This document shows positions 6,965 through 11,990 of a DNA stretch of 11,990 bases, in pieces (positions within the stretch are counted from its first letter, which is position 1; every line of letters starts with the position of its first letter). Source of the stretch: a bacterium (GTDB lineage Bacteria > Arandabacterota > Arandabacteria > Arandabacterales > JALGWA01). The notes beneath the pieces were generated by a model. It was not told the DNA's origin. It did not search any database and saw only the letters and a program-made list of their open reading frames with translations. The translations under genes were made by a program, and so were the position numbers. The DNA is taken from NCBI GenBank assembly GCA_050125095.1, contig JASFEA010000096.1, forward strand, positions 1-11,990, given 5' to 3'.

Positions 6965-8461
6965 TTACTCTCTTATGTAATCCCGCTTGAAATTGAATGC
7001 GACAGCAAGAGCGACACGAATGTCGTCCCCGTCCGCATCCTCTATGTTGTCTTCGTTTCTTACGCTGTACCACTCCACCCCCCCCTCAACCAGCCAGTTG
7101 TAGGTGGGCCTCCACGAGACATCGAATCCCAGCCTCAGGGTCTTCTCGACGGTCCCTGACGGGAATCTTTCGTCATCCGGAGGTTCGTCCTGCGGGTCAC
7201 TCACCCTGCCCTCACCCTGACGTCTCTGGCTGAACCTCACCGTCCACAGCGCTTCGGTGGGAAGAGAGAACGCGAACCGGACTTCGACGAGGTCGCCGTC
7301 CGGCCCGTAGGGATATCCGATTATGCTATTCTCATGTGTGTATCTGTTGTATTCGACCTTGTGACCATACGTACCGTTCCTTATATGAAAATAAGAACAT
7401 CCGAAGAGCGAGTAAAGATCAGAAATCGGATTTCTGGCTTTGAGGTCCACCCCGAAGCCGAGCTCATGGGGTTTCGCAAAGTCGTACTGGAAGTCGTCGA
7501 CGACGACTTCAAACCTGAGCTCCGCGGCACGCGCGAAGAGCAGCGTGAAGTCTCCGGCAAAGAGAACATTGTCCTGGGTCCTCGAGTTCCACTGCCCGGC
7601 ATAGAAGACGCTTACCGGGTTCAGGTACACCGGATCGAATCCGCGGTTCTCGCCGCCGTAGAGAACCGCCTCCGAAACGGCAAACGTAAGATGAGGCCAG
7701 AATTTGAGATCCAGCCGGTGCGCGGAGACGTATCTGTTTACGCCCTCGTCCCAGGGGTCTCCGTCGCCGCGTCTAAGCTTCGAATGGACCGCCGTGAACA
7801 TCACCTTGTCCTCGAGGTATGTGAACTTGAACATGTCCATCGTCGGGGCCGCCCCCGAACACAAGAGGCCCCTGCCCCTGTCGATGCCCCAGGCGACCTC
7901 ATCCCGGCCCATGAAAAGCGAAAACCTGCCGCCCTTGTACCCCACGCCGCCGTGGTCGAAGCTCGCGCGGAAGTAATCGCCCCACGGTCTGGTTTCGACG
8001 CGATGCGCGTCCGGGTCGGTTACCGTGAGGCGGAGATAAGTCCATATGGCCGCCCTTTCCATGAAGTAGAAGCTGGCCCTGAACAGGTTGTCCATGCCGA
8101 CCCTGGCATTGCTTCGCGCCCTGAGCCCGGAGGTGAATTCTCCCACGAAGAGGTTGGTGCGGTCGGTTTTCCAGGAGGACTCCGCGGCGAGCTCGTCCTC
8201 GACCAATCCCAGAAGGTACTCCAGACGTTCATTGCCCGCGCCCTCCCGGAACCGTGCGCGCGCGACGGCCCTGCCGAGCTCGTTCCTCTCATAGGGGAGC
8301 GAGGCCACGAAGAAAGACAGACTGTCGGTCGAGAGCCGGAGCTCGTCTATATAGCCGTACACCCAGCTGCCGCCGGGCTCCGTCGGCATCGCCATGCCAT
8401 CGCCCGGCGCCGCCAAGTAGAGCAGCGCAGCCGCCGTCAGGCAGATGAAGCAACGACGCAT
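6965..8461 (-). CDS. Capsule assembly Wzi-family outer-membrane beta-barrel protein
   Basis: Start moved from 8506 to the ATG at 8461 because of the SD GGAGGTGA (8473..8466) and the signal peptide MRRCFICLTAAALLYLAAPGDGMA. Motifs GRDEVAWG...GLLCSGAAP, SAHRLD, SEAVLYGG, YLNP, DNVLFAGD, VVDDF, Y.H...IGYPYGPD; amphipathic beta-strands ending VALAVAFNF. Confidence 0.7.
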   Translation of the reverse strand: MRRCFICLTAAALLYLAAPGDGMAMPTEPGGSWVYGYIDELRLSTDSLSFFVASLPYERNELGRAVARARFREGAGNERLEYLLGLVEDELAAESSWKTDRTNLFVGEFTSGLRARSNARVGMDNLFRASFYFMERAAIWTYLRLTVTDPDAHRVETRPWGDYFRASFDHGGVGYKGGRFSLFMGRDEVAWGIDRGRGLLCSGAAPTMDMFKFTYLEDKVMFTAVHSKLRRGDGDPWDEGVNRYVSAHRLDLKFWPHLTFAVSEAVLYGGENRGFDPVYLNPVSVFYAGQWNSRTQDNVLFAGDFTLLFARAAELRFEVVVDDFQYDFAKPHELGFGVDLKARNPISDLYSLFGCSYFHIRNGTYGHKVEYNRYTHENSIIGYPYGPDGDLVEVRFAFSLPTEALWTVRFSQRRQGEGRVSDPQDEPPDDERFPSGTVEKTLRLGFDVSWRPTYNWLVEGGVEWYSVRNEDNIEDADGDDIRVALAVAFNFKRDYIRE

Positions 8462-9135
8462 CCGGTCACCTCCGAAATGCCCTGAGACCTGAGGGCGCCC
8501 GCGCACTCCCCCAGCGTGGCACCCGTTGTAAGAACATCATCTATGAGCACGACATGGCCGGCCACAACGCCCCCGTCGGCCCTGAAGGCCAGCCTCATAT
8601 TCAGAAGCCTCTCCTCGCCGTCGAGGCCCGCCTGCGCCGAAGTGTTCTTAACCCGCCTGAGGGCGGACCTTAATACCGTGAGCCCCGTGAGCCCGGCCAC
8701 CCCGTCCGCGAGCAGGTCGCTTTGATTGTAACCTCTCTCGCGCCGTTTCGCAGCATGAAGCGGCACGGGGACGAGAACCGGGGCGAGAATCTCCACAGAG
8801 CTCAGGGCCATCGCCATAAACGGGGCGAGTACCTGCGCCAGCCCGGGCCTGTCCGAGTATTTCATGTCCTTGATGAGGCGCGACACCGCCGGCGTGTACC
8901 TCAGCGGAAAGACGACCCGCAGGGACCCGCCGCCGGCCACGTCCACAACTCTCTCCCCCGTCTCCATCCCGGCCGCAAGTTCGCTCATGCAATCCCGGCA
9001 GAGCCGGGCCTCTCGGGGCGCCAGCGCTCCCTCGCAAACCGCGCAGAGCGGCGGCATGAACAGCCTGAAGACATCCTTGGGGAAAGCCGATATGGATTTA
9101 AGCCTGGACCCCAGTCTCGGACTGAGTCCCGCCAT
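8437..9135 (-). CDS. comF: ComF-family protein (zinc ribbon plus phosphoribosyltransferase-like domain)
   Basis: CAVC...CRDC zinc knuckles, MKY, VPVPLH, RGYNQS, PRT loop LIDDVLTTGATL; SD GAGGAG 8 nt before the ATG at 9135. Confidence 0.9.
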   Translation of the reverse strand: MAGLSPRLGSRLKSISAFPKDVFRLFMPPLCAVCEGALAPREARLCRDCMSELAAGMETGERVVDVAGGGSLRVVFPLRYTPAVSRLIKDMKYSDRPGLAQVLAPFMAMALSSVEILAPVLVPVPLHAAKRRERGYNQSDLLADGVAGLTGLTVLRSALRRVKNTSAQAGLDGEERLLNMRLAFRADGGVVAGHVVLIDDVLTTGATLGECAGALRSQGISEVTGCVVASSA

Positions 9136-9901
9136 GCTTTCTGCTCCTCAGCAACAGGCCGATACCAACGATTATGAGTACGATGCTCACGACCTGGTTT
9201 ACAGATACGCTGACGCCGCCGCTGCCGAGCAGCATCTCGTCCTCGTAGTAGCGCCAGAAGTCCACTATGAAACGCCAGGCCCCGTAGAATACGAGCAGGC
9301 AAGAGAAGACCGTACCCGCCGGGAGTTTCCTCTTGAGGAGCCTCCATAGAGCGATGGCGATAATGAGATTCGCAATTACAGCGTAGATCTGCACCGGGTG
9401 AAGCCGAAGACCGTGCATAACCGAGCCCGCGAGCGAGTCAGGCGGGAACGCGCAAGCCCATGGAAGCGACGACTCCTTGCCGAAGCAGCAGCCGTTCAGA
9501 AAACAACCGACCCGGGCAATGGCGATGCCGAGCGCGATCTGGGGCGCCAGGATATCGGTTATCTCTGAAGCCGGAAGACGGCGCCGCTTGATATACAGGA
9601 CCCCCGTAACCACGGCGGCAATTAGCCCGCCGTAGAAAGTCAGTCCACCCTCCCATACCTTGAACACGCCCCAGGGGTCACCGCTGAAGTCGCTTAAGTG
9701 GCTGATAACATACAGAAAGCGAGAACCGGCAACGGATGAAAGCAGTATAACGAGCCCCAGGTCTACGATTATGAGCGGGTCGAAACCCCGTTTGCGGGCG
9801 ATCCTCGCGGAGAGCTCTATGCCCAGCCAGAAGGCAATGGCCAGCATAACGCCATAAGAGCGAATACCCACAGAGCCGAAATCCACTATCGTCCTGAACA
9901 A
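9098..9901 (-). CDS. lgt: Prolipoprotein diacylglyceryl transferase
   Basis: SYG, GSRFLYV, WEGGLTFYGG, RVGCFLNGCCFG, HPVQIY, RFIVDFWR; multiple TM helices; TTG start with SD GGAGG 7 nt upstream. Confidence 0.93.
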   Translation of the reverse strand: MFRTIVDFGSVGIRSYGVMLAIAFWLGIELSARIARKRGFDPLIIVDLGLVILLSSVAGSRFLYVISHLSDFSGDPWGVFKVWEGGLTFYGGLIAAVVTGVLYIKRRRLPASEITDILAPQIALGIAIARVGCFLNGCCFGKESSLPWACAFPPDSLAGSVMHGLRLHPVQIYAVIANLIIAIALWRLLKRKLPAGTVFSCLLVFYGAWRFIVDFWRYYEDEMLLGSGGVSVSVNQVVSIVLIIVGIGLLLRSRKHGGTQSETGVQA

Positions 9902-9921
9902 ACGCCTACCTCCGAATCACC

Positions 9922-11139
9922 CTAGTACTCGCGCCTGGCCGCGTAGGCCGAGAGCACGAACCCGATGCAGGTCCACATCACCACCGTGGACGAACCGCCG
10001 TAACTTATGAATGGAAGCGGCAGGCCTGTCACGGGGGTGATCCCCAGGTTCATTCCCACGTTTATGAAAATCTGGATGAGGATGATGCTCCCCACCCCGA
10101 AACATACATAGTAAAAAAAGCGGTTCCTCACGGTGCCGGCTACGCCGAACACCTTAACGGAAATATACAATAGCAGAATCAGAGTTGATATTGAACCAAT
10201 AAAGCCCGTCTCCTCACCGATTACCGAGAATATGAAGTCGGTGTGTTGCGCCGGCACCAGTCCCAGTGCCTTCTGCGTCCCATCGAAGACGCCCTTGCCC
10301 ACCACCCGGCCCGAGCCTATTGCTATCCTGGACTGAATGGCGTGAAAAGCCGCCCCGTGGCGGAGCTCTTCCTGCTTGAAAAGCGCCTCGATCCGCTGCC
10401 GCTGGTAGGGCTCAAGCCCCATCCACAGCTTGTGCGCCGACGCGCCGACGCCCAGGCTGAGGGCCACTATGAGTATCACTATAGAGGTCTTGAACCTGCC
10501 CAGGTAATTTACCCCCAGGAGGTAGACCACGAAGAAGACCCATCCGAGAATCCTGTTCTCGATAGCCACGCCGCTCGTGAGCATGAAGGCGAATATCGGG
10601 CTCAGGAGATACACGAGAAAGAGCGGACTCATACCAGAGGCGAACAGCATGGGAAACGCCAGGAAGCCTATCACCACCGCGCCTCCCAGATCCGGCTCGT
10701 AGAGCACGAGCAGCGCCGGAAGCGCCGCGATTGCCACCGCCTTCACCACCCTCTCCAGCGAGTCCCCCATGGTCCTGGTCTCGGACAGGTAGCGGGCCAG
10801 CGCCAGTATGGTCGCCAGCTTCGCGAACTCGGAGGGCTGAAACCTCAAGAAACCGAAATCGAACCATCTCTTCGTCGCGTGAGGGCCCGTGCCAATGACG
10901 AGAACGAGCATCAGCATTATGATGGATGCCCCGTATATGAGATAGGCGAGAGCAGAAATCGTCTTGAGGCGCATGCGGGATACCGCGACCATGGCGACGA
11001 CCCCGATACCTATCCATGCCGCCTGCTTCACGGCGAATGCGCCGCCGTAGTCAGCATATGTGCTGCTGTAAATGGAGACCACGCTCACCGCGGCCGCAAG
11101 GCCCAGGACTATGAGCAACGGTCTTACCGCGCCGCTCAT
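9922..11139 (-). CDS. rodA: Rod shape-determining SEDS peptidoglycan glycosyltransferase RodA
   Basis: RW...FQPSEFAK, EPDLG, YQRQRI, SRIAIGSG..GKG, HTDFIFSVIGEETG, PVTGLPLPFISYGGSS. The ATGA overlap with the PBP2 gene supports RodA over FtsW. Confidence 0.95.
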   Translation of the reverse strand: MSGAVRPLLIVLGLAAAVSVVSIYSSTYADYGGAFAVKQAAWIGIGVVAMVAVSRMRLKTISALAYLIYGASIIMLMLVLVIGTGPHATKRWFDFGFLRFQPSEFAKLATILALARYLSETRTMGDSLERVVKAVAIAALPALLVLYEPDLGGAVVIGFLAFPMLFASGMSPLFLVYLLSPIFAFMLTSGVAIENRILGWVFFVVYLLGVNYLGRFKTSIVILIVALSLGVGASAHKLWMGLEPYQRQRIEALFKQEELRHGAAFHAIQSRIAIGSGRVVGKGVFDGTQKALGLVPAQHTDFIFSVIGEETGFIGSISTLILLLYISVKVFGVAGTVRNRFFYYVCFGVGSIILIQIFINVGMNLGITPVTGLPLPFISYGGSSTVVMWTCIGFVLSAYAARREY

Positions 11140-11990
11140 GGCATCGCCACCGTTCCGCCGTCCCTTTCGGCGAAGTAGTACCTGAGGATCTGGCCGGCTA
11201 TGGGCGCCGCCACCGCTCCCCCATGTCCCGCGTTTTCCAGGAGCACGCAGACGGCGATCTCCGGCTCGCCGTAAGGCGCGTAGCAGACGAACCAGGCGTG
11301 GTCGTCCCCGTGCGGATTCTGGGAAGTTCCGGTCTTGCCGGCGACTTCGTAGCCGGGAACGCGTGCCGCTTTGCCCGTTCCCTCTTCATCCTCCACCACG
11401 CCCCGCATACCCTTCTGAAGAACCGCCAGCGTGGTTTCGGACATGGGCATGTCTATGAACTCGGGTTCATTCTCTGCCTCTTCTCCGTCATTGCCGATGG
11501 CCTTCACGCAATGCGGGACCGCGTAATGTCCCCCGTTCGCAATCCCGCAGATAAAACAGAGCAATGAAAGAGGCGTCACAAGCACCTCGCCCTGCCCGAT
11601 GGCGAGATTGAGCATGATTCCCTTGGTCCACTGCCCCTTGCCATAGTTCTTGTCGTACCACTCCGTATTAGGCACCAGTCCGCCGGCCTCGTTGGGTATA
11701 TCGATGTGAGTTCTCTCGGGCAGGCCCCAGAGCTTGCTGTAGGAGTAATAGTCCTCGAGATCCATTCGCTCGCCCAGCTGGTAGAAATAGACGTCGCATG
11801 AAACCGTGATGCCCCGCACCAGGTCCGATGAGCCGTGCCCTTCTTCCTTCCAGCACTTGAAAACCCTTCGCCCGAAACGGTAGGAGCCATAACATGGCTT
11901 GTACCTGGTGCTCTCCCGGACGAGGTGTGTCTCGAGACCCACGGCGGCGGTCACCAGCTTGTATGTGGACCCCGGCGGATAAGTGCACTG
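11136..11990 (-). CDS. mrdA: Penicillin-binding protein 2, C-terminal transpeptidase part (gene starts outside the window)
   Basis: Frame is open to the window edge: QCTYPPG-STYK (SxxK, 11969..11958), SCDVYFY (SxD typical of PBP2), AIGQG, GKTGTSQ, DHAWF, ENAGHGG.AAP; directly upstream of rodA. Confidence 0.95.
   Translation of the reverse strand, partial: QCTYPPGSTYKLVTAAVGLETHLVRESTRYKPCYGSYRFGRRVFKCWKEEGHGSSDLVRGITVSCDVYFYQLGERMDLEDYYSYSKLWGLPERTHIDIPNEAGGLVPNTEWYDKNYGKGQWTKGIMLNLAIGQGEVLVTPLSLLCFICGIANGGHYAVPHCVKAIGNDGEEAENEPEFIDMPMSETTLAVLQKGMRGVVEDEEGTGKAARVPGYEVAGKTGTSQNPHGDDHAWFVCYAPYGEPEIAVCVLLENAGHGGAVAAPIAGQILRYYFAERDGGTVAMP

Noticed and set aside
8462..8506. Upstream GTG start of the Wzi-like ORF
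   Set aside because: The ATG at 8461 has a strong SD and directly begins a signal peptide.

Overview
High-GC bacterial DNA, almost entirely coding on the minus strand. Reading right to left, one tightly packed gene run holds mrdA (PBP2, 5'-truncated), rodA, lgt, a comF-family gene, a Wzi-family outer-membrane protein, an 1833-aa secreted gingipain-like (peptidase C25) multidomain protein (Ig-like, FN3, 8 FG-GAP repeats, FlgD/T9SS-type C-terminal domain) and an FN3+TPR lipoprotein. A ~355-bp AT-richer intergenic region follows, with a near-consensus sigma70 promoter, a GC hairpin plus T-tract in the leader and several overlapping inverted repeats. After it comes the start of a gene missing from the ORF track (186..<1), whose N-terminus resembles that of the 1833-aa protein and which is probably a second, tandem C25-like paralogue. 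The PNPF...WDG...SGIYF C-terminal domain and the high GC suggest an FCB-superphylum candidate lineage such as Eisenbacteria, Krumholzibacteriota or Latescibacterota (inference only). I saw no mobile element, CRISPR, tRNA or rRNA. All family calls come from motif recognition by eye; no searches were run.
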